This document shows, one piece after another, positions 19,958 through 29,770 of a stretch of 64,000 nucleotides of DNA. Origin of the DNA: an uncultured Verrucomicrobiae bacterium (GTDB lineage: Bacteria > Verrucomicrobiota > Verrucomicrobiia > Chthoniobacterales > JAFAMB01). Both the position numbers and the translations under genes were made by a program. Below the pieces are notes generated by a model. It was not told the origin of the DNA. It did not search any database and saw only the letters and a program-made list of their open reading frames with translations. Each line of letters opens with the position of its first letter. Position 1 is the first letter of the stretch. Where the stretch lies: assembly GCA_963837955.1 (NCBI GenBank), contig CAWIPH010000002.1:1536001-1600000 (forward strand). Direction: 5' to 3'.

Positions 19958-20824
19958 ATGCATCAACACCGCAAGAGCGCTTTTTTGTTCCTCGCGCCCT
20001 TTCTGGCGATGTTTGTCGCCTTCTATCTGGCACCGGTGGTTTACGCCATCTATCTTAGCCTGTTCGTTCGGAAACGGGTCGGCCTCGGTCCGGCCCAAGA
20101 GGTATTTGCGGGCCTGGCAAATTACGTTCGAGCCGTTCAAGACTGGGATTTCCTCAACGGCCTCAAAAACATGTTTGTCTTTGGGGCCTTTCAAGTTCCA
20201 ATCATGTTGGGCCTGGCAGTCGCGCTGGCACTGCTTCTGGATCAATCGCGCGGCATCTTTATGAAGTTCTGCCGCACGGCTTTTTTTATGCCGTACGGCA
20301 TCCCGACGGCTATTGGCGCTTTGATCTGGGGCTACTTGTACTCGCCCAACCTCTCGCCATTTAACCAGGTGTTAAACGCGCTTCATCAAAGCACGATCGA
20401 TTTTCTATCGCCGGCATTTGTCCTTTTCTCGATCGCCAACATCGTGACCTGGACCTGGACCGGCTACAACATGGTCACGTTGTTTGCTGCCTTGCAGAGT
20501 ATCCCCCAGGAGCTTTACGAGGCGGCGCGGGTCGATGGGGCCACAGCCTGGAACATCGTGCGCAGCATTAAACTGCCTTTGCTCATGCCCACCCTAAAGC
20601 TCTTGTTCATTTTTTCGGTGATCGGCACTTCGCAGCTCTTCACTGAAGCGTTCGTGTTGCGACCGCTTGGTTACGTGGCCGACAATGTTACCCCCAACCT
20701 TTACCTTTATCTAACCGCGGCACGCGACGCGAACTACTCTTATGCCGGAGCCATGGCCATCCTGTTGGCCTTGCTGATTTTTGCCCTGAGCGGTCCGTTT
20801 TTGCGCCGGATTAGTTCGCGATAG
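19958..20824 (+). CDS. sugar ABC transporter permease
   Basis: [26 protein letters not shown] (EAA motif). Confidence 0.93.
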   Translation: MHQHRKSAFLFLAPFLAMFVAFYLAPVVYAIYLSLFVRKRVGLGPAQEVFAGLANYVRAVQDWDFLNGLKNMFVFGAFQVPIMLGLAVALALLLDQSRGIFMKFCRTAFFMPYGIPTAIGALIWGYLYSPNLSPFNQVLNALHQSTIDFLSPAFVLFSIANIVTWTWTGYNMVTLFAALQSIPQELYEAARVDGATAWNIVRSIKLPLLMPTLKLLFIFSVIGTSQLFTEAFVLRPLGYVADNVTPNLYLYLTAARDANYSYAGAMAILLALLIFALSGPFLRRISSR

Positions 20825-20839
20825 AAAACGAGAAAACGT

Positions 20840-21796
20840 ATGCGTCTCAAGCAGCCATCTGCCATCACCGATTCCGGCGCCGGGAATGTGTCCGCAAGGG
20901 ATGTCGGATCCGCCAGCGCCCCCAGACCCGATGTGCAGAAGTACGGGCGCGCCTCAATCGTATCAGGATTGTTGCGGAACGGAGCGCTCACCGTGTTCCT
21001 GCTCTACTGTCTATTACCTGCTATTTGGATCATCGTGGCCATGACCAAGGACAATGGCCAACTTTTCTCGACCTTTGGTTTTTGGTTTGCCAGCCCTCTT
21101 CATTTCTTTGAGAACGTCGTCGGCCTGTTTACTTATCAGGAAGGGATTTTTTTCCGCTGGTTTGGCAACTCCCTGCTTTATGCTGGATCCATCTCAATGG
21201 GCAGCACGCTCATTTGCGCAATGGGGGGCTATGCCTTTTCCAAGTACGATTTTCCTGCTAAGCAATTTCTGTTTAACTTCATCTTAGGGACGATCATGGT
21301 GCCCTCCACGGCATTAGTGCTTCCGTTATTTCTGATGTTGAACAAGATCGGCTTGGTTAACACTATGTGGGGCGTGATTCTGCCGAGCCTCGTCAATCCC
21401 TTCGGTCTTTATCTGATGAAAGTGTTCTGGGATTCGTCTTTCCCCAACGACTTGATCGAGGCTTCACGCCTGGAAGGCGCAAGCGAGCTGCAGATTTTCT
21501 GGCGCATCGGGATGCCGCTGATGCAGACGGGGCTAGTGACGGTGGCGCTACTGGCCTTTGTCGGCGCCTGGAACAACTTTTTCCTACCGTTAATCGTCCT
21601 GAACCAAGATAGCCTCTATCCGCTCACACTGGGGCTGAACGTCTGGAATAGCGTGAGCTCCAACGCGGGCGGAAAACCGGTCTATAACCTGATCGCTTTG
21701 GGTTCGCTGATCAGCGTGTTACCACTCCTCATCGCTTTTGTCGTGTTGGGCAAATACTGGCGCGGCGGCTTAACGGCGGGAGCCACGAAAGGATAG
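20840..21796 (+). CDS. sugar ABC transporter permease
   Basis: [39 protein letters not shown]. Confidence 0.93.
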   Translation: MRLKQPSAITDSGAGNVSARDVGSASAPRPDVQKYGRASIVSGLLRNGALTVFLLYCLLPAIWIIVAMTKDNGQLFSTFGFWFASPLHFFENVVGLFTYQEGIFFRWFGNSLLYAGSISMGSTLICAMGGYAFSKYDFPAKQFLFNFILGTIMVPSTALVLPLFLMLNKIGLVNTMWGVILPSLVNPFGLYLMKVFWDSSFPNDLIEASRLEGASELQIFWRIGMPLMQTGLVTVALLAFVGAWNNFFLPLIVLNQDSLYPLTLGLNVWNSVSSNAGGKPVYNLIALGSLISVLPLLIAFVVLGKYWRGGLTAGATKG

Positions 21797-21870
21797 GTGT
21801 CGGTAAGGACGCGCTCCGGCGGTCGCCCGTGCGCGTCAACATAAGAGGAAGGATATGCGCCGAGAAGACT

Positions 21871-22092
21871 CGTCCCGCAGGGACTCAATGAAAGTAGCCC
21901 AGTACGAAGTGCTGGGGTGGCGTTCAAAAAAAACGACCCGTCCCGGACGGGACGATCGACGGCTCCCTACGCTGGTGAAGCTGCATACTAGAGGACCAGG
22001 AGCCAAAACACTTCTTTCGTCCCTGCCGGGACGGACGTCTCTTTTTGCATTATTTCCCAGCACTTCGTACTGGGCTACTTTCATTGAGTCCC
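21871..22092. repeat. REPIN/MITE-like family 2, copy 5, nested in an outer REP doublet (21802-22211)
   Basis: Intact inner element; outer arms GTAAGGACGCGCTCC...GCGTCAACATAAG and CTTATGTTGACGC...GGAGCTCGTCCCTAC. Confidence 0.88.
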
Positions 22093-22219
22093 TTCCTCCT
22101 CCGCCCTCCTGGCTACGGCGGACAAGCCGGGACGGCTCTTCTGCGCGTGCTTCTAAGCCTTATGTTGACGCACATGGACGGCCGCAGGACGAGCGGGAGC
22201 TCGTCCCTACCATCAAATT

Positions 22220-24298
22220 ATGAATAAGAGCTATTCCTACGATTCGTTCCTTTACGGGGTGGTTTACTACCCAGAGCAATGGCCGGAGGCCCAATGGGAT
22301 TCCGACCTTTCGCGTATTGCCCAGACCGGCATGAATGTAGTTCGGATGGGCGAAGGCGCCTGGAGTGTTTGGGAGCCTAAAGAAGGCTGCTATGATTTTG
22401 CCTTATTCGATCGCGCGCTTGAGCTCTGTCAGAAGCATGAGCTCAAAGCGATCATGGGTACACCCACCTACACGCCGCCGGCCTGGCTTACCGAACGTTA
22501 TCCGGAAGTGTTGCGTGTAAGTTTTGATGGAACGCCTCTAGTGCACGGTTCGCGACGTCACTACAATTATACGTCGCCGGTTTATCGGGAAAAGTCTCAG
22601 GCCATCACCGAGACACTGGCTCAGCATTATAGGGATCATCCTGCCGTGATCGGCTGGCAGATTGATAACGAACTGAACTGTCATCTGGACATTAGCTTCG
22701 CGGCGAGCGATCACGCAGCCTTTCGCGTTTGGTGCCAGGAGAAATACCAAACACTTGATGCCTTAAACCAGGCCTGGGGCACCGCCTTTTGGTCTCAGAT
22801 CTACACCGGCTGGGATCAAGTTTGGTTGCCGCGGCCCACGGTAACCTATCAGAACCCGAGCCTGCTTTTGGACTTTTTTCGGTTCACCTCCGACATGACG
22901 GTTCGGTTTGGAGCGATGCAACGCCAGATTATCAAGCGGATCGCACCGCACCAGTTCGTTACCCACAACGCCTTTCAAAGCATGACGAGCGTGGATCTGC
23001 CAAAGTTCGTGGAGGAGGCAGTCGATTTCGTGTCTTACGATTCTTATCCGGAATTCAAAGTATGCGACCTCACGTTGCCAGCGCGTTTCCGTGACCGTTC
23101 CGAATCCAGGCTCCTATCCAGGATGCGCGGAGTATCGGCAAAGTTCATGGTGTTAGAGCAGCAGTCGGGACCCAGTGGCCAAATCGGTGGCGTCTTGAAC
23201 GGCAATCCCGATTACCTCCATCCCACGCCCAAGCCAGGGCAGATGCGGCTCTGGTGCTGGAATTCGATCGCTCACGGTGCCGACGGCCTGCTTTTTTTTC
23301 GCTGGCGTTCGCTGCCGTACGGTTCCGAGGCCCATTGGAACGGACTGATCTACCATGACGAACGAAACGTGTGGCGATTGGAGGAAGCCAAACAGCTCGG
23401 CGAAGAAATCAAACGTCTGTCGGCGACGCTGACCGGTACCCGAGGCGTATCGCAGGCCGCGATCCTTTATGATTTTGATAATGAATCGCACGCTCGCATT
23501 GAGCGCCAGACCGGCAAACACCGGGAGTCCAACGAACTGAGTGTATATCAAGCCTTGTCCGAACGGCATCTGTCCGTTGACGTGCTGCCGCTCTCGAGTC
23601 TTCACACGGGTGGAGAGCTCAGCGACTACCAAATCGTTTTTTTCCCGCACGCACACGTGTTGACGGCTGCCGACATACCGCCTTTGCAAGCGTATGTGGA
23701 AGGGGGAGGCACCTTGGTCTTCGGTTGTTGGAGCGGCTATCGGAACCGAAACCACTGGTGCTATGACGCCGCCGGAAAAGCTTTTTACGAGGATCTGGTA
23801 GGTGTGCGGGTTGCAGATTTTACCGCGATGACTCCGGGCGAAAAGTCTGGCATGCGCTTCAGGGATTCAGCGTCTGTGCTGGAGGCGCCAATCTTCAATG
23901 AGATTCTGGCGGTGAATGGTAAGAGCACGCAGGTTCTGGGATCGTACACCTCCGATTACTATTCGGGTGAGCCAGCGGTGACTCTGCACCAGAAAGGGCG
24001 GGGAAGGGTAATCCATTTCGGCAGCTTCTTCACTCCGCAGAACGTGAGCGCATTGTTAGACGCGCTGACGATTGAAGATCCGTTAGCGACATGGGCAGAC
24101 ATTCCCGCCGACATTCAGGTTACGGTCCGTTCCAATGGCAGCGAAAGATTCTATTTTCTTTTAAACTTCACCGATACAACGCAGACGGCGGTTTTTAAGG
24201 AGTCGGTCTTTGATCTTTTGGGAAACCAAAAGCTCCAAGGTCACACAGAGATCCCGCCGTATGGCGTGCTCTTTGTGCGGCGCGGGGAACGCCGATAG
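22220..24298 (+). CDS. beta-galactosidase, glycoside hydrolase family 42
   Basis: GVVYYPEQW, MGTPTYTPPAWL, WQIDNE, LNQAWGTAFWSQ, VLEQQSG, FFRWR. Confidence 0.93.
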   Translation: MNKSYSYDSFLYGVVYYPEQWPEAQWDSDLSRIAQTGMNVVRMGEGAWSVWEPKEGCYDFALFDRALELCQKHELKAIMGTPTYTPPAWLTERYPEVLRVSFDGTPLVHGSRRHYNYTSPVYREKSQAITETLAQHYRDHPAVIGWQIDNELNCHLDISFAASDHAAFRVWCQEKYQTLDALNQAWGTAFWSQIYTGWDQVWLPRPTVTYQNPSLLLDFFRFTSDMTVRFGAMQRQIIKRIAPHQFVTHNAFQSMTSVDLPKFVEEAVDFVSYDSYPEFKVCDLTLPARFRDRSESRLLSRMRGVSAKFMVLEQQSGPSGQIGGVLNGNPDYLHPTPKPGQMRLWCWNSIAHGADGLLFFRWRSLPYGSEAHWNGLIYHDERNVWRLEEAKQLGEEIKRLSATLTGTRGVSQAAILYDFDNESHARIERQTGKHRESNELSVYQALSERHLSVDVLPLSSLHTGGELSDYQIVFFPHAHVLTAADIPPLQAYVEGGGTLVFGCWSGYRNRNHWCYDAAGKAFYEDLVGVRVADFTAMTPGEKSGMRFRDSASVLEAPIFNEILAVNGKSTQVLGSYTSDYYSGEPAVTLHQKGRGRVIHFGSFFTPQNVSALLDALTIEDPLATWADIPADIQVTVRSNGSERFYFLLNFTDTTQTAVFKESVFDLLGNQKLQGHTEIPPYGVLFVRRGERR

Positions 24299-24394
24299 CG
24301 TCAGCACCAGCCAGAACTCCGAGAATGGGACTTGGACTGGAAGGGGGGAAGCTTGCTGCCGGAAAGCTGATGGGATGCAACGTGGTGGTTGTAC

Positions 24395-24560
24395 ATCGGA
24401 AGCGACTGGGTGCTGGCTTTCGGACCATCTGCCAAACCAGCGCCGCCTCATCGTAGTCCGCTTCGATCTCTCGCGGAACGCCGGAAGGAAGAGGCTGCCG
24501 TACTATTCCTTTGGGGCTTACAAGATATCTGGTCTTCGCGGAAGTCTTCGCCGACCGTGG
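24395..24560 (-). pseudogene. DUF4145-like gene fragment (frameshifted)
   Basis: PLPSGVPREIEADYDEAALV continues as (L)ADGPKAS in a shifted frame, matching the recalled P..I..DY.EA..VL..SPKAS pattern. Confidence 0.5.
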
Positions 24561-24598
24561 TTCAGACGATGGAAGGCGCACAAGTTAGGCGTGACCCT

Positions 24599-25144
24599 TT
24601 AGACGATGCTAGCAACCACCGTGTCCACAGCAATAGTAACATGTAAACCAACAAACCTTGTTTCCTGCGCCGTATATCCACAAGTTCTTGAGCAATGATT
24701 TGAACATTGGGATGGGTCAGGAGAATAACCCTCGGCATTAATCTCATTCTTATATTTCAAGGATTTAATTATGTCCATTGCGGATAAATCTTTTGCACTC
24801 AGTGAAAGTTCAATTTCTTTGTAAAGCTCTCTCGCATTCACTAACATGGGATTTGCACTTTTTGGCACCTTGTATTTATCTTTGAAGGATTCCAGCTTCT
24901 TAACAATATCGATGAAAACATCATTCAAATTCTCAGCGACTGCTGTACTGATCGAAAATAATTTCCCTTGATTGGCTTTCGACAAATCACCAATAGCCGT
25001 TTCTATTTCATTTAGAACTTCATTCGCATCCACGATCTCATTTGTAACGGTTCCTGATTCGGGAGGGGCGGAGTTTGTGCTGGTTTGCGCCCTGGTTTCT
25101 GGCACAAAGCAAAAAACACCTGCCAATATCAACCACATAAACAT
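24599..25144 (-). CDS. secreted protein with Cys-rich C-terminus (probable 1-nt frameshift near 24663; corrected stop at 24609-24611)
   Basis: Signal-like MFMWLILAGVFCFVPETRA; in-frame CSNHCSRTCGYTAQ continues as NKVCWFTCYYCCGHGGC* in an adjacent frame. Confidence 0.65.
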   Translation of the reverse strand: MFMWLILAGVFCFVPETRAQTSTNSAPPESGTVTNEIVDANEVLNEIETAIGDLSKANQGKLFSISTAVAENLNDVFIDIVKKLESFKDKYKVPKSANPMLVNARELYKEIELSLSAKDLSAMDIIKSLKYKNEINAEGYSPDPSQCSNHCSRTCGYTAQETRFVGLHVTIAVDTVVASIV

Positions 25145-25662
25145 TCCAGCTTCAGGGTCAGCCCCGAGGTGACATTTTAGAGTCATCATAATTGCAGGCT
25201 TGTTAGGATTGTGAAGCCATGTCAAGTATGAATATTAAGTTTGCATCACAAAATAGATGGATGGGAGTGACGTGATCCCGTTTGCTGGACATTCCTAACG
25301 TAGAGTGCTGCCTGTTGTCAGGTGTGCTGGTTACGTTTAGGGAGTTGTTCCAAGGATGTCAACTGGAGTTCGGCCAGACTATTGACGAATGGATACGGTA
25401 ACGGAACACCGTTGGCCTAACCGAAATACCCGTCACGATGCAGCTGCAACTGCCGCCATTTTCAAACTAATCCTCCCAGGTCAGATCGACATCTGACTTG
25501 CGGTTGTCTTCATCCCATTGCTTCAGGTAGATTGACGGCAAAGGGTAAACGGTGTCTCTGATCGACCCTCGCTAAAAGCCTGGAAATCATTTGCTCTCGT
25601 TTGCATTGGTCCTGAGCGCACCCCTAGCGATCGGTCCGCTGTTTCAGTAGCGTTGAGCAAAA

Positions 25663-25926
25663 ATGAAAGACGAAACAGAAACAGCGATTCAGAAATTTTG
25701 CGAGCACTACACCGGCGGAAACACCATCATTAAACAAATTCGAGAGAACTTGGCAATGTCGTCAAGATCCATTGACAAAGCATCGGTGCAAGCCACCGAG
25801 AATTCTAAATCGTCTGATCACCTCGCAGAGGGTTTGAACACATTTACAAAATGGCTGATGATTGTCGGCGCTGCTAATTTCTTGGCTCTAGTGGTCCAGA
25901 TCGTAGTTGCTGTGATACACTATTAG
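25663..25926 (+). CDS. small protein with C-terminal TM helix
   Basis: 87 aa, helical N-part, hydrophobic WLMIVGAANFLALVVQIVVAVI. Confidence 0.6.
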   Translation: MKDETETAIQKFCEHYTGGNTIIKQIRENLAMSSRSIDKASVQATENSKSSDHLAEGLNTFTKWLMIVGAANFLALVVQIVVAVIHY

Positions 25927-26003
25927 TAAAGGATTCAGATGAAATAGGAGAAGCAAAGTAGATTGTATGTGAGAATCGGCTACAGTGAGCGGCTAGAGCC
26001 GTT

Positions 26004-26237
26004 CTAGTCCTTTAGGCTGGGGTGTTCGTAGGTTGGGTCGATGAGATGCTTAGCGGAGTGGATTGCTTCCTCTGTTGAAGGAAATACTGAAGCTCCGGCA
26101 ATTAGTTGCCCATCTAAGTATCCGGTAAGCATAACTAGTCTGCCGTTTATGTAGGCGTGAAAATAGGAATCATCCGCATCACTTGTGCTTACGTCAATCT
26201 TGCTGCCCTTGTATTCGAGGCTTATTACAGTCTTCAT
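26004..26237 (-). CDS. 77-aa hypothetical protein translationally coupled to the alarmone synthetase gene
   Basis: ATGA start/stop overlap with 26234..26971. Confidence 0.65.
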   Translation of the reverse strand: MKTVISLEYKGSKIDVSTSDADDSYFHAYINGRLVMLTGYLDGQLIAGASVFPSTEEAIHSAKHLIDPTYEHPSLKD

Positions 26238-26971
26238 TGCCGTTTCGCCTTCTTCTCCATCGAGGTTGGACCAGTCTTGCTCTCAAATTCGCGAAGCGAT
26301 AGGAAAACCGAATCGACGAGGCGTGAACAACCAGAGGTCATTCGTGCAAGGACCTTAATTTGCTCTCTGCAGGCGACGCTTTGGGTGGGACGAGGATAGT
26401 TAAACGAATGCGAAACTTCACCCCAAAGTTCCTCCGCTAACGTTCGCACCTGAATCTCGCATGTATACTTTGTCTTGGAGTTCGATCCTATTACATAATG
26501 AACGCTGGTGTACAAAGAGTCGCTGTCCTCAGTTTGGATACCAATGTCTCGGAAGTAATCGCGGGTTTCGTTGTCCCAAGTTTTCGCAACAGGACCTTCC
26601 ATGATTGGAAAAAGGCCCTCATTCAACGCCTCGCTCAGGTGATGATGAATGTCTTCCATTTGACGGGTGTGGAGATGAAGTAAGCGAATGCCCGCCAAAT
26701 CGTTAATCTTAGAAAAGAGATTTTCTTCTGTGATTTTGAACACACGCTTCTCCTGATTGGCCGCCTCTATTTTCTGCCGCAATTTGTCCCCAAGGTGGGA
26801 TGGTTCCTTTACTCTCCACTTCAATGAGTGAATCAGGCTAAAAAGCGGCTTCGTCTCTGAAATACGCCCCCGAACTTGGTCGGCGAATAGGCGAAATTCA
26901 GCGAGTTTGGATTCGAATTGCTGTACAAGACTTTCGACTAATTTCTCCTGTGACCGTGAGAGCGATGCCAT
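26234..26971 (-). CDS. RelA/SpoT-domain small alarmone synthetase-like protein
   Basis: WRVKEPSHL.DK, INDLAGIR, YTSVHY, EIQVRTLAEELWGEVSH synthetase motifs; no hydrolase domain. Confidence 0.9.
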   Translation of the reverse strand: MASLSRSQEKLVESLVQQFESKLAEFRLFADQVRGRISETKPLFSLIHSLKWRVKEPSHLGDKLRQKIEAANQEKRVFKITEENLFSKINDLAGIRLLHLHTRQMEDIHHHLSEALNEGLFPIMEGPVAKTWDNETRDYFRDIGIQTEDSDSLYTSVHYVIGSNSKTKYTCEIQVRTLAEELWGEVSHSFNYPRPTQSVACREQIKVLARMTSGCSRLVDSVFLSLREFESKTGPTSMEKKAKRQ

Positions 26972-26976
26972 CAGAT

Positions 26977-27990
26977 TTACCTCTTCGGCTTCGATCTCAT
27001 AGGTCGCGTTTGTTCAATTATTCGTTTGGCGATTTGTCCAAACGAGTCTTTCGCCTCTGAAATGTGTTGGGGGTTCGATCTCGACGCATCTTTGAATGCA
27101 ACGCCCTGGGTCTGGGAGAGCGAAGCTAAGTTTCCGAAATCCTTGACTTGCCCGAGTTTAAACTGACTCATTCTTCCCACAGCGAGAGAGGAATCTACCA
27201 TCCGCAATGCAGCTACAACATCGCTATAAATGTGCTTCTCAATTTGAGAAAGATATTCACTTTGCCCTTCAACAACTTGTCCCCGGTAGACTCGAAACCT
27301 TTGCGGAATATACCCGAGTAATTTTGGGCGACCGGGGAGTACATAGAAATCATCGGGCGCTAGATCCAAAATTATTTTCCAGTCCCTCACCCAGGTAGCC
27401 AAAGTATGTCCAAGCGTCTTGAGGGCGCGGACTGAAAACAGGTCACAGGCAGCTGGAACAATAAAATAATCACAATCGAGCAAAATTACCCGCGTTAGCG
27501 GACCTATGTTTGGTCCAGAGTCATAGAACACAAAATCAATTTTTAATTTGTCGGCAACTTTGTTGACGAGAAGACTAAGTGCCCCTGTTCCTCGAAATCC
27601 TTTCGGCTTCCGCTGAAAACATTCTCCCCAAAAAGAGCTCAGCTCCATCTCGAACTCCGACAGCCGAAGATCGCCCGGGAGGAGAAAAATGTGGTTGCCC
27701 AGATCGATTGGCTCAACTTCGGATATACCCCCCGTAGCCTCCACTATCGGCTTGACGCCTGACCACAGCGTCTTCCCGTCAGGTCCGTCCGACTTGTCCA
27801 AGAAGTCGTCAACCACACCGCCCTCGACTAGGTAAGAGGTAAGATTACACTGCGGATCAGCGTCGACCAGAAGCACCCGCTTTCCAGCGTCAGCTAGTGC
27901 CGCAGCAATGTTAACGGTCAAAGTTGTTTTGCCGACTCCGCCCTTATGATTAAATATCGCGAGCCTGAGCGCCTTGTACCTCTTTTCCAC
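26977..27990 (-). CDS. ParA/MinD-family ATPase (orphan, no ParB)
   Basis: FNHKGGVGKTT deviant Walker A, VDADPQCNLT, FYDSGP, DYFIVP. Confidence 0.92.
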   Translation of the reverse strand: MEKRYKALRLAIFNHKGGVGKTTLTVNIAAALADAGKRVLLVDADPQCNLTSYLVEGGVVDDFLDKSDGPDGKTLWSGVKPIVEATGGISEVEPIDLGNHIFLLPGDLRLSEFEMELSSFWGECFQRKPKGFRGTGALSLLVNKVADKLKIDFVFYDSGPNIGPLTRVILLDCDYFIVPAACDLFSVRALKTLGHTLATWVRDWKIILDLAPDDFYVLPGRPKLLGYIPQRFRVYRGQVVEGQSEYLSQIEKHIYSDVVAALRMVDSSLAVGRMSQFKLGQVKDFGNLASLSQTQGVAFKDASRSNPQHISEAKDSFGQIAKRIIEQTRPMRSKPKR

Positions 27991-27992
27991 AG

Positions 27993-28583
27993 TTAACTCG
28001 ATTCGCTGTCCTTGTTGGCTGTCAGAGATCTCGGCCGCGAAGATTTTTTGGTCCTTCGAGGTCGAACTTTGGCCCGAACCGCTTTGGCTGCTACCCGATC
28101 AGGAAGAGCGTGTACATATTGTTCCCCTAGCGCGCCTAACTGCTTCATACCCTTAGTTGCCGGTACCAGAAATCCGACTTTAGTTGCATTGTCGACCGCG
28201 AAGGCGGCGTTCGAAAACTTAACGTGCGCGCTTTCCGTATTTAGCTTGCTAATATCTAGAGTCTTGAACTCCCGAACATTCCGGTAATGAGCCAGATAGT
28301 ATGCAAGGCAAGCCACGCGTTCCACATCCGAACGAGGATTTTTATCCAGAAGAAATTCTTTCGGTGATATGTTCGGGCGGTCGGAAAAAGGCCCTCCCGG
28401 AGTTTCGGTCGCGCCAGTCGCGTTTGCTACAACCGTCGCTTTCCGTAATGAATCCCCTTCGATACCAAGGAAAGTTATTGTAGTTTCTAGCAGCCTAATC
28501 TGCGTTTCTCTATCAAGAGCCTTCAGCGAAGAAACGATCGTTTGTAGGATCTCGAATTCGTCTATCTTACTACCTTCCGACAT
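27993..28583 (-). CDS. hypothetical protein, helical N-domain + winged-helix-like C-domain + basic tail
   Basis: Ends 2 bp before the ParA start; SPKEFL..K.P.SDVERVACLAYYL...G.L......QL..LGEQYV pattern; K/R-rich tail. Confidence 0.75.
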   Translation of the reverse strand: MSEGSKIDEFEILQTIVSSLKALDRETQIRLLETTITFLGIEGDSLRKATVVANATGATETPGGPFSDRPNISPKEFLLDKNPRSDVERVACLAYYLAHYRNVREFKTLDISKLNTESAHVKFSNAAFAVDNATKVGFLVPATKGMKQLGALGEQYVHALPDRVAAKAVRAKVRPRRTKKSSRPRSLTANKDSESS

Positions 28584-28950
28584 TTGGACCTCTCGATTCG
28601 TTATAGATTTGTTGAGCAATATTCAACGCGAAATTGTCGGTCTGCCGACGCCAACGGTATAGAGAGACTCTCTCCAACGAGGATCTCTGCCGCCGCGAAT
28701 CAAGCTGACTTAAGTTCAGTGTATCCTCGTAACTATCTGATGCCGTACAGATTACACCCGCTACTGGAAGTCAGCAATGCAGAAGAAACTATAGCCTTCG
28801 CCATGCCCTCGACTGATTTAGGCTAAGCTCAAATTTACCCGTCTCTCAGGGCGGCCAGAAAATGACTGTCAAAGACGTGCATCTTCCCGCGTTGCGGCAA
28901 ATGGCCTACGAAGTCCTAACGAGTCCCGAACTCCAAGCACTGGCCACTCC

Positions 28951-29247
28951 TTAGTGACTTCCCAAAAAATTTGATTTAATCGGCTCGAACTCTTTCCGGC
29001 TTATTTCAACAAGTTCAAAATCTGCCTTGGGTCTACCACTAGTCTTGTGTAGGTATTTGGGATCGTCCCGTAGCCATGGGCATTCAGCTTCCATCAACAT
29101 CCCCGCTAACCTGTCGCGTTGCCGTTCTAGAAATGGACGTTTAGTTTCTCCCGAGAATATTTTGCGCAGTTGTTCCGGATCTTCCTCTTTTCGAGGTGCG
29201 AGCACCGTGGCAATCCATAAGAGTATTTTGAGTAGGCGGATTTTCAC
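28951..29247 (-). CDS. hypothetical or chimeric ORF sharing its C-terminus with 29347..
   Basis: Ends GRPKADFELVEISRKEFEPIKS. Confidence 0.4.
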   Translation of the reverse strand: MKIRLLKILLWIATVLAPRKEEDPEQLRKIFSGETKRPFLERQRDRLAGMLMEAECPWLRDDPKYLHKTSGRPKADFELVEISRKEFEPIKSNFLGSH

Positions 29248-29346
29248 GTGGGTAAAAATTGCCTGGACACCAATCTTGCCAGTTTGATCGTCCGAACCAA
29301 TTCGGATTCGGGATTTTGCAACGTTGCAAAAAAAGCTCTTAAGTTG

Positions 29347-29550
29347 TTAGAGCACTAGCGATTTAATCGGCTCGAACTCTTTCCGGCTTATTTCAACGAG
29401 CTCAAAATCTGCCTTTGGTCTGCCGGTTTTGTGCGATGCAGTGACCAGCGTTGCTGGTGCGCAATCGCCAATGGCAATCGGTTCTTTGGCTGGATCGCTC
29501 TTGAGATAAACGACGTAATGGCGGTCAAAATCTGGTATTGAATTGAGCAT
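29347..29550 (-). CDS. small hypothetical protein
   Basis: MLNSIPDFDRHYVVYLK...GRPKADFELVEISRKEFEPIKSLVL; C-terminal coding sequence duplicated at 28973-29034. Confidence 0.5.
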   Translation of the reverse strand: MLNSIPDFDRHYVVYLKSDPAKEPIAIGDCAPATLVTASHKTGRPKADFELVEISRKEFEPIKSLVL

Positions 29551-29770
29551 AGGGGTGAAAGTGTTCTTGTGAACATATCCCGTCAAGACTCGCCGCCGGG
29601 CAGAGCGTTGCCGAGACATGAGGAATGGCGTTGCCTTGGTGATCAACTGCTTCGAATTTCCCGATGCGTCTACGCGCGCCCAGGTAAGTTAAAGCTGTCT
29701 GCGCGGCCGTACGTAAGAATGCGTATATACAAATCGTTGCTCAAGCCATAGAGATGCCAGTCATGAGTGA

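Noticed and set aside
18512..21796. ABC transporter lacking an ATPase gene
   Set aside because: Common for carbohydrate ABC systems that share an ATPase encoded elsewhere.
26977..27990. Plasmid or chromosome partition locus
   Set aside because: No ParB, parS array or rep gene was recognised; the ATPase is embedded in an operon with an alarmone synthetase.
28218..28245. CTTAACGTGC resembling a Tn3 IR inner end
   Set aside because: Lies inside an intact CDS and lacks the terminal CCCC; a chance match.
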